A stretch of DNA of 64,000 nt from Prorocentrum cordatum (lineage: Eukaryota): NCBI GenBank assembly GCA_963575745.1, contig CAUYUJ010000002.1, forward strand, positions 1,922,001 through 1,986,000. Direction: 5' to 3'. Under the pieces are notes generated by a model. The model had not been told where the DNA came from. It made no database searches and worked only from the letters and a program-made list of their open reading frames with translations. Positions 46,442 through 64,000 of this stretch are shown in pieces. Every line of letters begins with the position of its first letter. Position 1 is the stretch's first letter. Made by a program: the position numbers and the translations under genes.

Positions 46442-48517
46442 AGCGGCGGCCGCGACGGCGCCAGCGAGACGAGGACCGCCGCCACGACGACACCGAAGGC
46501 AACGATGAGCACGCCGACCCGGCCAAACCGGGCTGGACATCGAAATGCGCGCGGGGCTACGTCCGATTCGTGTCCACTGTTTGGGCTAGCGGCGGGGCCC
46601 AAGCGGCGAGCTGTCTTGTGATTTTTAGAGACGTTGGATGTCTGGGCTCATCGTCCCTCTTCCCGTCTCTCCTCTTCCTTCTCCTCCTCTCTCTCTTCCC
46701 CTCCCCGCTTCCCTCCCCCCCTTTCCCTCCCGCCGACGTCGTCGTCGACGTCGTTGTCGTCGTCGTCGTCGTCCTCGCCGTCGTCGTCGTCGCCTTCTTT
46801 GTCGCCCTCGTCGCAATCGTCGTCGTCGTGGACGCCGTCGTCGTCGTCGTTTTTGTCGTCGTCGCCGTCCTCGTCGACGTCCTCGTCGCCGTCGCCGTCG
46901 CCTTCGTTGCAATCGTCGTCGTTTTTGATGTCCTCGTCGCCGTCCTCCTTTCCATCGTCGTCGTCATCCTCCTCTTCCTCGTCGTCGTCATCCTCGTCCT
47001 CGTCGTCGTCGCCTTTGTCGCAAACACCCCCGTCCTAGTCCTAGTCGTCGTCGTCGTCGTCGTCGTCTTCGTCGTCGTCGTCGTCGTCGTCGTCGTCTTT
47101 CGCGTCCTCATTCTCATTGTCGTATTCGTCCCCGTCGTCGTTGTCACTGTCGTTCCCGTTGGCGTCGTCGCCGTCCGCCATGGCGCCCTGGTGTCGCTCC
47201 ATTTTCTTTGGGCGACCTCTATAGGACCGCCGGAGTGCATTTGCGCAAGCCCCCGGGTGCCAGAAACTATGCAATTTCTGGTCAGACATGGTTCATTTTG
47301 GAAACAATTCTCCCGGATTTCAATTTGAGAACAATCTGAGAACACTTTGAGAAAGTTGTTTTTAAATTGTTCTCAAACTGTCCTCAAACTGTTTCCAAGT
47401 TGTTCTCCAATGGAGATAGCTGTTTCAAATTGAGGAACGTTTCCCCAAGTTTGAAACATGTTTTCCCAGAGATCTTATAGCGTTCGGCCCCCGGGGCCTG
47501 CGCAAATGCATTCCAGCGGTCCGTTAGGGGCCGGATCCGACAGAAAATTGACTCCGTGGAGCAGCGTTGGGACGCCATAGTGGAAGGCGACGACGACCAC
47601 GGGGGCGACGACGACAACAAAGGCGACGAACACGACGAGGACGAGAGCGAAGACGCCGGCGACGTCGACGGGGACGTTGGCGACGACGACGACGACGACG
47701 ACGGCTACGAGGACGACGGCGAGGATAAGGACGACGACGAGGACGGCGATTGCGAGGACGACGAACACGAGGGCGACGAGGAAGAGGGAGAGGAGGACGG
47801 CGACGATTAATGTGACGAGAACGATGACGGCGACGGCAACGAGAACGACGACGACGACGACGACGATCGCGTCGACGACCCAGACGTCGACGACGACGGC
47901 GACGAGGACGACGAGGGCGACGACGACGACGTCGAAGACGACGACGGCGACGGCGACGACGATGGCGACGACGGTGACGACGGCGAAGAGGACGACGAAG
48001 AAAGCGACGACGACGACAGAGGGGGGGAGAAGGAGGGAAGGGGGGAGGAGAAGAGGGGAGGATGGGGGAGGGGAGCAGAGCGGGGAAAAGAAGAGGAAGG
48101 GGGAGGGCGAGGAGGAGGGGCGATGGGCCCACAGACCCAACGTCTTGAAAAGTCAAGGTGGATGTCAGATCCCACATATCGGCATTCGGGTGTCCTAAGC
48201 GGGCCCAGGGCCGTCAAGAAACGACCGTGTATGAAATGGCAAGACAGCTCGCCGCTTGGCCCCCACCGCCAGCCCAAACGGCGAGCATCAATCGGACGTG
48301 GCCCCGCGTGCATTTCGATGTCCAGCCAGGCTTGGCTGAGTCGGCGTGCTCGTCGTCGCCTTCGGTGTCGTCGCGGTGGCGGCGGTCCTCGTATCCGTTG
48401 GCGCCGTCGCTGCCGCCGCTGTCGTCGTCGTCGTCGCAGCAAACGCATTCGCCGCGCCGCCGCCGTCGCCGTCGCCGTCGTTGTCATCGTCCTCGTGCTA
48501 TTCGTATTCCTCCCCGT

Positions 48518-49860
48518 CGGCCGAGAATAAGAAACGTCGCCGATTGGTTGCGCCGAGCGTTGAGCCCTCGGCCTCCGAGAATATAACCGCCTCCGATTGG
48601 TTGCGCGATAGGTTGCGCCCTCGGCGGCCGAGAAAGAACCCCCCCCCGTCGGTCGTGCCATAAGTTGCGCCCCCGGCGGCCGATGACACAAGCAATTCTC
48701 ACTGGTTGCGCCGTAGGTTGAGCCCTTGGGCGCCGAAAAAATACACCGTCTCCTGTTAGCTTCGCCATGGGTTGCACCCTCGGCGGCCGAGAACGAAAAC
48801 CCTTAGTCGCGCCACAGGTTGCGCCCTCGGCGACCGGGAACAAGTGGCGCGCGCGCCGTGGGTCTTGCGCGCAGGGGATGGAGAGGGAAGGGAGAGGAAG
48901 GGCAAAGCAACGCGCGAGGGGGCGGGCCCTGGGAACGCGGCAGGGGGGGCGGGCCGGGGGAGCGACGCAAAATGATGCGGTCGGAGCGGGGGGGGGGGGG
49001 GGGGGAATTTGGCTGCGGGGGGCGAACAATCGGGGCCGCTGGGGCGACAGCTGGGGGCAGAGGAGGAGGGGGGGGCGGGGCGACGCGAAGTAAAGCGGTC
49101 GGGGCGGAGGGGGCATTCGGCTGCTGGGAACAGAGGGGCGTTGATGACAAGGGGATCGCTAAGGGGGGGGCTGGGGACAGAGTGGTGGGCGACGCGAGAT
49201 GCAATAGTCGGGGCTCCGTTCACCCTGTGCAAGAGGACAAAGCCGTTTCCAATTGGTTGCGCCATGGGTTGCGCCCTCGGCGGCCGAGAGAAAAACTGTC
49301 TTCCAATTGGTTGCGCCATAGGTTGCGCCCTCGGTGGCCGAAAGTAAAGCCGCCGCCCATAGATTGCGCCATAGGTTGAGCCCTGGGCGGCCGAGAATAG
49401 AACCGCCGTCTATCGGCTGCGCCGGAGGTTGCGCCCTCGGTTGCCGAAAATAAAACCGTCTGCTGTTGGTTGCGCCATAGGTTGCGCTCCGGCGGTCGAG
49501 AATGAGCCCGCCCCTGACTGGTTTCGCCCTGTTGCGCCCTCGGCGACCGAGAATGATCCCGTCGTTTTGTGGCTGCGCCATAGGTTGCGCCCTCGGTGGC
49601 CGAGGATATGTCCGTCTCCTAGCGGTTGCGCCATAGGTTGCGGCCTCGGCGACCGAGATAAAAAACCGTCTCCTACTGCTTGCGCCATAGGTTGCGGCCT
49701 CGGCGGCCGAGAAAAAAACGTCGCCTACTGGTTGCGCCGCGGGTCGCGCCCTCGGCGGCGGCTGAGAATTAGACCGCCTGCTATCGGTTGCGCCGCAGGT
49801 TGCGCCCTCGGCGGCAGAGAATCACGCCGCCCCTTATAGGCTGCGCCTTTGGCGGCCGAG
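48518..49860 (-). repeat. Same ~53-bp minisatellite in reverse orientation (right arm)
   Basis: ggttgcgccataggttgcgccctcggcggccg units in two clusters separated by a G-rich block. Confidence 0.9.
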
Positions 49861-50083
49861 AATGCAACCGCCGCGTGGCGGGTGTCGCCAGTCAGTTGGT
49901 CAGTCAGTCAGTCAGTCAGTCAGTCAGTCAGTTTGCCTGTCAGTCAGTCGGAGTTTACTTCGCGAGAAACACATTCGGGCCACGCTCAAACACGAAAAAA
50001 AACGCCCCGTTGATGCGTCGGGGGCCCTGGGCCCGCAAAATGAAAACATCCTGATGTCGGGCTTTGTTATATGCATCTATAAA

Positions 50084-50219
50084 CGAGAGAGAGAGAGTGT
50101 ATATATATAGAGAGAGAGTACATATATATATAGAGAGAGGGAGAAATAAAGAAAGAAATACAGGAAGAAAGACAGAAATAAAGACATAGAGAAAGAACAT
50201 ATAAGTAAATAAACAAGAA

Positions 50220-50252
<33 letters not shown>

Positions 50253-50579
50253 AAGAGAGAGAGCAAGAGAGAGAGAGAGAGAGATAAAGAGATAAAGAAA
50301 TAAGAGATAGAGAGAGAGAGAGGGAGAGAAATATAGAAAGAAAGCAAGCAAGAGAGAGAGAGAGAGGGATCGAGAGAGAGAGAGAGAGAGAGAAAAAAAA
50401 AGAGAGAGATAGAGAGATAGAGAGAGAGAGAGGAGAGAGAGAGAGAGATATATATATAGAGAGAGAGATAGAGGGAGAGAGAGAGGGAGAGAGAGAGAGA
50501 GAGAGAGACACAGAGAGAGAGAGAGAGGGAAAGAGAGAGAGAGAGAGGGGGAGAGACAGAGAGAGAGAGAGAGAGATAT

Positions 50580-50618
<39 letters not shown>
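50084..50618. repeat. (GA)n/(TA)n microsatellite
   Basis: Direct reading. Confidence 0.95.
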
Positions 50619-50622
<4 letters not shown>

Positions 50623-51607
50623 GGGGGGGATAGACAACATAAAAACGACAACACGGGGGGGGGGGGGGCGAGGAACAGCGCGCGTTGTGATTGACAGCGC
50701 GGCGGACGCATCGACCTCCGCTTTCGGGCGCGGCCGCGGTTCCTTTTCAGTGGCGGCGCCCGGGGCGGCGCGCAGCCGAGGGCGCCGTCGTGGGCCGCGT
50801 CGGCCGTCTCGGATGCCGTCTTCGATCGTTCTGGCGCCGTCTTGGAGCCCTTTGTTGGGCCTGTCGGGCAAGATTTGGGCCAACCTGACAACGTCTGGGC
50901 CGGGGTCCGATGGGCAAAAACGCCATGACTACTGATGGGCGTTGCGGGGGTCAGCGGACGCGGAGCCATCTTGGGCCATTTTCGAGGCGTCGCGGTCGTC
51001 TCGAGGCCGTCTTTGGCCGTCTTGGGGCCCTCTCGGGCCGCGGCGTGGGCGGCGGGGCCGCGTCGACCAGGTGAAAAAAAATCACGTCTCTGCATCGTGG
51101 ACTAATTCGTCAACCCCGCACTTGAGGACAGTGGGAGACCGCCCGGCCCCGTCGCTCCGACGCGGTGCTCTGGGTGGCTTCGAAAAGAGGCGCCGCGCGA
51201 GCTTGACTATGCATTCACCGCGATGTCCTACGGTTCGGATCCGAACAAATACGCGCTCTGCCACGCGCGACTTCAACAACGAATAGAAACGTCAAGAAGT
51301 AAGGCGGAAACGCCAGACTTGATTTTGGGGGGCGGGAATGTCCGCCCTACTTTGTCGGCTTCTTATGGGGGGTTCCCGGCGCAATTTTACGTTGGACAAT
51401 GCAGCGCAGACCCCCCCCAGAAAGGGCTAAGATATGCTTAGCGCGCGTTCGGAACGATAGTTGATTCGCATCGGGTTTAAGGCTCGACATATGTTTGTTT
51501 GATGTTCCTGCAACCGCTCTGGCTTTAGCACCCTGAGGTGAAAAAGAATCCTCTTGAGGCCCTGCGGGGCCCAGTATCGATCATGATGCTCTAGCGCGAT
51601 TCCGCGG

Positions 51608-57223
<5,616 letters not shown>

Positions 57224-58749
57224 GGATCTACCACGGTCAGCTCAAGGCGCAGATGATCGAGGAACTGCTCGTCGGAGCAGGGCGCAAGTGAATGCTTCTT
57301 CTGTTGCTGTGGCACCGCCTTTTCACGTTTACGACGCAGCTGCAAGAGGTGGCGTCGCCCGTTTGCTCCCCCTTCTTGCGCGTGCTCGAGGGCCCGAGAG
57401 GATTAAGCCCAGCGTCGCGGCGCTGGCCCTCGGAGGAGAAACGAGATAGGCCCGCGGGCGAAGGTGCCAGATCTTGTCTGTGCTAGGATGACCCAGGACG
57501 GTTCCTGTTCAGCTGATGTGCCCCAGGTTAAGCCCAGGGCCCAAGGAGGAGCGAAGTGCAGAAGCACTCCCCCCCGAAGGGTTTCGGATATGCTTAGCAC
57601 ACGTTCGGAACGATAGTTGTTTCGGATCGGGTTTAAGGCTCGACAGATGCTTCAGCGTTTGATGCTCCTGCAATCGTTCCGGCCCTAGCGCCCCGAGGTG
57701 AAAGGGGGTCCTCTCGAGGCCCTGCGGGGCCCAGTACCGATCGTGATACTCCAGCGCGATTCAGCAGAAAAAAAAAAAACGAAAGTAAGGCGGGCCGGAG
57801 TCAGGGGGGGGCCCAGCGCGTTTGTCGCTGGGAGGGTGGCGCGCAAGAGCTTGTGCCCAGAGGCTCCAGAAGGCCAGCGATGTCAGGGGTGGCGGGGGGG
57901 GGCCCGGCGCAGGTGTTGTCGGGTGGGCAGAACTTGTGCCCAGGGCTCCGGGGAGCTGGCGGTGTCGGGGGTGGTGGGGGGGTCCCGGCGTTTTTTGGGG
58001 CTGGGTGGGTTGCCCCGAGAAGAAAGACGGTGGGTTGGGGGGTGCCGTGGCGAGGGGGGCGGGAGGGGGGCGCGGGAGGTGGGTTGTTCCAAAGAGACTG
58101 CGGGGCGGGGGGTGCCACGGCGACGAGGGGGGCCAGGAGGGGAACCGGGGGGGGCGTGGGCTGGCGCTGGGCGACCAATTGCAGGGCGGTTTGTCCCAAG
58201 AAGAGAGGAAGAGAGACTGCGGGGCGGGGGTGCCGTGGCAAAGAGGGGGTCCAGGAGGAGGGCCAGGAGGGAAGCGTGGGCTGGTTCTGTGCGAGAATTT
58301 CTGGGACACAGTGGCGAGGAGGAGGGCCAGGAGGGGGAGCAGGAGGGGTGCGTGGGCGAGAGATTGCAGGGCGGGTTGCCCCAAGAAGATCGACTGTGGG
58401 TTTGGGGGGGGGGCGTGGCGAGGACGGGGGCCCAGGAGGGGGGCGCGGGCTGGTTTTTAAGGAGAAATTGCAGGGTGGATTGCCCCAAGAAAAATGATTT
58501 TGGGTCGGGGGGTGCCTTGGCGAGGAGGGGGGCCAAGATGGGGGCTGGGAGGTGGCGGGGAGGGGGTCCCGGAGGGGGGCCGCGGACAGGTTTTGGGCGG
58601 GAAATTGTAGGGTGGGTTGCCCCGAGCAGAGAGACTGTGGGTTGGGAGGTGCCCTGGCGAGGAGGGGGACAGGAGGGGGGCCCCGGGAGCGGGCGTGTGC
58701 TGGTTCTGGATGAGAAATTTCATGGTGGGTAGGCTGTGGGGTGGGGGGT

Positions 58750-59870
58750 AAATCGTCGCGTGGGGGGTCCCAAGAACAGGGGTTCCGTGGGTGGGGGTGC
58801 CGGGCCGAGTGAGGGGCTTGGAAGGGGATGAGGATGGGGGCGTTGGTCGCTTCCGGCCAGGATATCGTGATGTGGGGGGTCCCAAGAACAGGGGTTCCGT
58901 GAATGGTGCCCGACCGAGGAGGGGGGCGAGGGGAGGGGCGGGGAGGGGGGCGTTGGTAGTTTTTGGCAGAGAAATCGTGGTGTGCGGGGTCCCAAGAACA
59001 GGGGTTCTGTGGGCGGGGGTGCCGGGCCGAGGAGGGTGGGCGTGGAGACGAGGCGAGGAGGGGAGCGTTTGTCGTTTTTGGCAAAGAAATCGTCGTGTGA
59101 TGGGGGTTCCAAGAACAGGGGTTCCGTGGGTGGGGGTGCCGAGCCGAGGGAGGGGCGCGGAGGGGGGCGAGGAAGGGGGCGTTGGTCGTTTTTGGCCGAG
59201 ATATCGTGATGTGGGGAACCCCAAGAACAGGGGTTCCTTGAGTTGGGGTGCCGGGCCGAGGAGAGGGGCGAGGAAGGGAACGTTGGTCGTTTTTGGCTAA
59301 GAAATCATGGCGTGGGGAGTCACAAGAACAGAGGTTCCAGGGGTTGGGGAACTGGGCCGAGGAGGGGGGCGAGGAGGGGGGCGTTGGTCGTTGTGGGCTG
59401 AGAAATCGTGGCGTGGGGGCTCCCAAAAACAGGGGCTCCGTGGGTGGAGGTGCCGCGCCAAGGAGGGGGGCGTGGAGGTCGGCGAGGAGGGGGGTGTTGG
59501 TCATGATTTGGCCGAGAAATCGTGGTGTTGGGAATTCCACGAACAAGGATTCCGTGGGTGGGGGTGCCGGGCCGAGGAAGGGGGGCGTTGAAGGGGGCGA
59601 GGAGGGGAGCGTTGGTCGCTTTTGGCGGAGAAATCGTCGTGTTGGGGCTTCCAAGAACAGGGTTGGGGGGCGTGGACACGAGGCGAGGAGGGGGGCGTGA
59701 GTCGTTCTTAACAGAGAAATCGTGGTGTGGGGGGGCCCAAGAACAGGGGTTCCGTGGGTGGGGGAGCTGGGCCGAGGAGGGGGGCGTGGAGGGAGGCGAG
59801 GAGGAGGGGGGTGGTAATGTTTGGGCGAGAGTTCGTGGGGTGGGGGGGTCAAGAACAGAGGTTCCGTGAT
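58750..59870. repeat. ~105-115-bp G-rich satellite, about 10-11 units
   Basis: gaaatcgtg...ggggtcccaagaacaggggttccgtgggtgggggtgccgggccgaggagggggg...cgttggtcgtttttgg. Confidence 0.9.
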
Positions 59871-61549
59871 GGGCGGGAAATTGTGTTGGTCAATGTTGGT
59901 CAATTTCCCTCACACGCCTCTGGGGCCGGCGGATGTTTTTACATTTTTCGTTATTGTTGAATTGTTTGAGTACTTTCGATTTTTCCTCCAAGGTCCGCCT
60001 GTAGGAAGACATGCCCGACCTAAGGCCGGGACCGCCCGCGTTTCCCGGCCGGCCGCAGGACGGCGGAGGGCTGCACGCGCTGTCGCTTCCTCCCGGGCGT
60101 GCCTGCGCCGTGAGCGGGGCCGCCGGGCAGCACGCGCCCGCGTGCGCACGCGGCCCGGGCGCTCGCCTTGCCAGTGGGGCGTTGCGTAGCGTGGGGGCGA
60201 TAGCACGGGGGGGGGGAGAAAGGTGCAGACATGATTGCGTCGTAAGAAAATCAGGACGGGCGGCTGTTGGCCATTTTCGGCCTCGGGGGGCCCTCGCCGG
60301 GACACAGGACCTTCAAAAAACGATTCAGGATGAGAAGTTTGTCCCAGGGAACGGGTCTGGATTTCCAGGGCCCCGTATTCGAAAAAACATAACATCGCAT
60401 GTCTGCGGGTGCACCTCTCGCGCACCCTAGGGGCCCTAAAGCGGCCAGGCCCAAAAGGGGCACGAAAGGTGCACCTCTCGTTCAAGCTGTGGCGAAGCGT
60501 CATGGCTTGATTGTAGGCCCACCAAAAGGAATGTTCTAAGAACCTCTTCTGTGGTTTGCACGACATGTGATCAGAGCATTTCTGGCTGAGACTGTCTTGG
60601 TTGAAAACATCGGGCTTATGTTCTAAGAATATTGTATTTGTTATTGGAACATGTGTGGGTTCTAAGCGCATTTCGTGGTAGGCCTTTCGGAATGCTGTGA
60701 CGGTCGCGCCTTCTGAGAAGCAGCCTCCTTCTCAGAAGCCCTCCCCCTCTCTCCACCCCTTTGTGCGCGCCGCCGACTGGGACGCGGATTGAAAGAAGCA
60801 TATCGGCGGATGTCTGCGCTCGAGCTGGCTGACTCCGCGTCGCTCGGCCGAGGGCCCGGGCCCGTCGTTTTGAAGCTCTTTCAAGCTCCTTCCCTCGGCA
60901 GCCGTCGTTGCCGGTCCGCGCCCTCCTGTCGCGCAGAGCTCTACTGCGTTGTCCTTCTCGTTTTCTCTAGGCTTTCGCCAGACGCCGAAGGGCCGCACCT
61001 CCCCGCAGGTTTGAGCTCCAGTGCCCCTTGCTGGGATGATCGGTGATCGGATCGACCAGGAGCCCACAGTGGCCATTGGGGAAGGCATTCTGGGAGAAGT
61101 GATGACGATGGCGATGACGACGTTGATGGTAGTGGTGGTGGTGGCGGCGATGGCCAATGACGACCATGATGATGAAGAGCAGTGAAAGTGGGTGACCAGT
61201 AATACGATGATAAGGAGGAGGACGAAGACATTCTGCACGCGTGCGAGAGGTCGAGGTTCTGGGGCCTTCTGGAACTTCAGAACGAGACCATATTGCAGTT
61301 GGGGGAGGGAAGGGAGGTGCACGAAGAGAGGCGAAAGGATCGGGACAAGGAGGAAGATGAGGAGGAGGAGGAGGAGAAGAAGAAGAATTGCTTCCGCTTC
61401 GCGAATCCCCACCAGCCCATTCAGGAGCCCTGCCCATGAGAGCTGACTGACGGGTAAAGGGACGAAGAGACGCGCACAGTGAAACGAGGCGGGCAACCAG
61501 GGTTAACAAGAGAGGTCTCAGGGAGCAAAGGGGTGGCTTTGGAGGGCCT

Positions 61550-62060
61550 CTCGGGTCATCCCCAGGACCCAGAGCTCTTTTTGGGCATCTTGGGGCCCTC
61601 TTGGGGCTCTTTGGGAGGTCTTCGGGTCCTCTTGGGGCTCTTTTGGGGCGCTTTGGGGCCCTCATGTCGCCCTCTTAGGGCTCTCTTGGGGCTGTCTTAG
61701 GGCCACCTTGGGAGCTATGAAGCGCCTCCTGGGGCCGTGCTGGAGACCATCGATCAAAGGAGGGGGGGTCCTCGAGTTGCGTCCCACCTCATGGGCCGTC
61801 GAAATAGCCTCTTGGGGCGTTCTTGGGGCCCTCTTGGGGCGCTCTTGGGCGCTCTTAGGGCAGTCTTGGGGGCCACCTGGGCCCATTTGGGCTTCTCGGG
61901 GAGGTTATGAGGGGTCGCCAAAAGCACCTGGAAGCGTCTTCTGGCCCTCTTGGGGCCTCTCGAAGGCATGTTGTTTGCTAGCTTGGGCCATGTTGGGCTA
62001 TCTTGAGCGATCTTGGAGGCTATCTTGGGCTCCCTGAGGCCCTCTTGGAGCCATCTTGGG
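61550..62060. repeat. Degenerate GGCC(C/A)TCTTGGGG short-period repeat (also ~2150-2260, 41265-41490, 50965-51040)
   Basis: Recurrent tcttgggg / ctcttggg units. Confidence 0.7.
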
Positions 62061-62105
62061 CGAGAAGGACCCTCTGACACCTCGCGGAAACCTCCGTCCA
62101 GTGGT

Positions 62106-63780
62106 GGGGGTAGGGGGAGGGGTCAAGCTGCCCACCCGCCCGCAAGCCGTCTAGTCTAGCTCACTCCCACCCGCCATCCCAACACATAAGTCACACCCGA
62201 GCCTGAGCATGTTCAGCGGTCGACTTTGGATGGACAGCCACTGGGGAACCAAAGCCGACCCCAGGTGCGCGACGCTTGGGCGAGGTGCGCCACGCGTGCC
62301 AGAGGGGCCATGCGCGCCAGGCACCCCTGGGGCCCGAGCGTGCCAGGCACGCCTAGTGTGCAACGTGCTCCGAGTGCGCCAGGTGTGCCGCACACTCCAG
62401 CCGCGCCAGGTGCGCCACTTTCGGGGCACGTGCGGAGTGCGTCAGGTGCCTGCGCACGTGACAGCACACATCGGCAAACATGTCGGCCCCCGCAATCCTG
62501 GTCGAAAACCAATGCGCATCATTGTGTCTGGCGGGCCTGTGCGCAGCACGCCACGCGCCACCACCCCCGCCGCCCCTGTTAAAAAACACTTGACAGTATC
62601 GCGCGGTGGCCGCGCATGATCCAGATTTAGCCGCGAGGTGCATGTTGTATTGTTTGTTGACAGGGATGATAGCCTTGCGCACAGCAGGGAATATGCTGAC
62701 AGCCCCGCCGTCCCTGTCGAAACCAATACAAAGTTCTTGCGGGCCTCACGAATATGACTCAAGACTTTCTGCCTGAAAGTGTATTTTGCATTGTCACTTG
62801 ACAGGGATGGTGGGGGAGCGCATCGGGTTGGCCGCGCATGCTCCAAATGTGGAGGCAAAGTGCGGTTTGTATTGTTTTTTTTGGCATGGAGGGGGGTGGC
62901 ACATGGAGTCGGCAAGGTTCCGGGTTGGTCGCCGGCTGGGCAGGGGAAGGGGTGTTGATCAGGCTACCCACCCGCCCGCAAGCCGTCTAGCTCACTCCCA
63001 CCCGCCCTCCCAACACATATGTAACACCCGAGCCTGAGCATGTTCAGCGATCGTCTTCGGATGGACAGCTACTGGGGAACCAAAGCCGACCCCAGGTGCG
63101 CGACGCTTGGGCGGGGTGCGCCACGCGTGCCAGGGGCGCCACGCGCGCCAGCGTGCCAGGCACGCCTGGTGCGCCAGATGCGCCACGTGCTCCGAGTGCG
63201 CCAGGTGTGCCGCACACTCCAGCCGCGCCAGATGCGCCACTTTCGGGGCACGTGCGGAGTGCGTCAGGTGCCTGCGCACGTGACAGCACACATCGGCAAA
63301 CATGTCGGCCCCCGCAATCCTGGTCGAAAACCAATGCGCATCATTGTGTCTGGCGGGCCTGTGCGCAGCACGCCACGCGCCACCACCCCCGCCGCCCCTG
63401 TTAAAAAACACTTGACAGTATCGCGCGGTGGCCGCGCATGATCCAGATTTAGCCGCGAGGTGCATGTTGTATTGTTTGTTGACAGGGATGATAGCCTTGC
63501 GCACAGCAGGGAATATGCTGACAGCCCCGCCGTCCCTGTCGAAACCAATACAAAGTGCTTGCGGGCCTCACGGACATGTTCAAGACTTTCTGCCCGAAAG
63601 TGTTTTTTGCATTGTCACTTGACAGGGATGGTGGGGGAGCCGCATCGGGTTAGCCGCGCATGCTCCAAATGTGGAGGCAGAGCGCGTTTTGTATCATTTT
63701 TGTTGACAGGGATAGTGGGGGGTGGCCCGCATGGTGTTGACATGGTTCTGCGTTGGCCGCCGGTCGGTTGGGGGAGGGGG
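62106..63780. repeat. Tandem duplication of an ~835-bp non-coding unit
   Basis: cccacccgcccgcaagccgtctag...cacccgagcctgagcatgttcagcg at ~62130 and ~62967; near-identical middle; internal gtgcgccag and ttgacagggat subrepeats. Confidence 0.92.
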
Positions 63781-64000
63781 TGTACATAAAAAAAAGAAGA
63801 GTGATAGACTCCTCCCCGAAGGGGAAGAATGGTTTTTGGATGAGAAAATGCAGACATCCTTAGACCATTTGCGCCCAGAGAGATGATAGGATAAATATGA
63901 GCATCTTGGAGGCGGATTTCTGAAGCGTCCCAGCAGGCGGCTGAAACAAATGTTTTCTCTTTCGGGACGCGTGTGGACAGGTATGACGGGCTCAGCGTGC

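Larger units (their letters stand above)
44821..50066. mobile_element. ~5.2-kb imperfect palindrome (foldback-like element or head-to-head pair of one repeat)
   Basis: Mirror order of blocks: (ACTG)n/(CAGT)n, 53-bp arrays, unique blocks, (GTC)n/(GAC)n, ggaccgccggagtgcatttgcgca / tgcgcaaatgcattccagcggtcc; AT-rich centre ~47350. Confidence 0.85.

Noticed and set aside
45107..49860. CRISPR-like array (conserved ~31-bp core plus ~22-bp variable segments)
   Set aside because: Variable segments are related to each other (consensus roughly aataggagacggtttttttctc), repeats are degenerate, no cas genes, eukaryotic context: a diverged minisatellite.
57698..59903. 344-700-aa Pro/Gly-rich ORFs
   Set aside because: Translation of G-rich satellites.
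60460..61060. ORFs 59910-60671 and 60732-61496
   Set aside because: No recognisable motif or codon bias; partly low complexity.

Overview
GC-rich eukaryotic, repeat-dominated DNA with no intact housekeeping gene. A perfect 22-nt dinoflagellate spliced leader (TCCGTAGCCATTTTGGCTCAAG, 28338-28359) and dinoflagellate-style PPR repeats point to a dinoflagellate nuclear genome (genus not determinable). Contents: (i) two decayed Ty1/copia LTR retrotransposons (6634-14991 minus; 51400-57766 plus) that appear to be primed by initiator tRNA-Met in two different ways; (ii) three decayed non-LTR (LINE) retrotransposons (15071-22062 minus; 28338-32184 plus; 32215-40630 plus), each starting with a complete or relict spliced leader and each bounded on both sides by (TCC)n tracts in the same sense orientation; (iii) a ~5.2-kb imperfect palindrome (44821-50066) with mirrored minisatellite arrays, possibly the core of a larger foldback structure interrupted by the second copia; (iv) a two-copy palindromic MITE-like element, several satellites and long microsatellites; (v) a PPR/HSP70 chimeric pseudogene and a weak multi-exon gene remnant. 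Best candidate for an undescribed system: spliced-leader-capped, (TCC)n-associated LINEs, plus an SL relic and small ORF inside the LTRs of a copia whose Gag starts with a PHD-type finger. All calls are from reading by eye; no searches were run.
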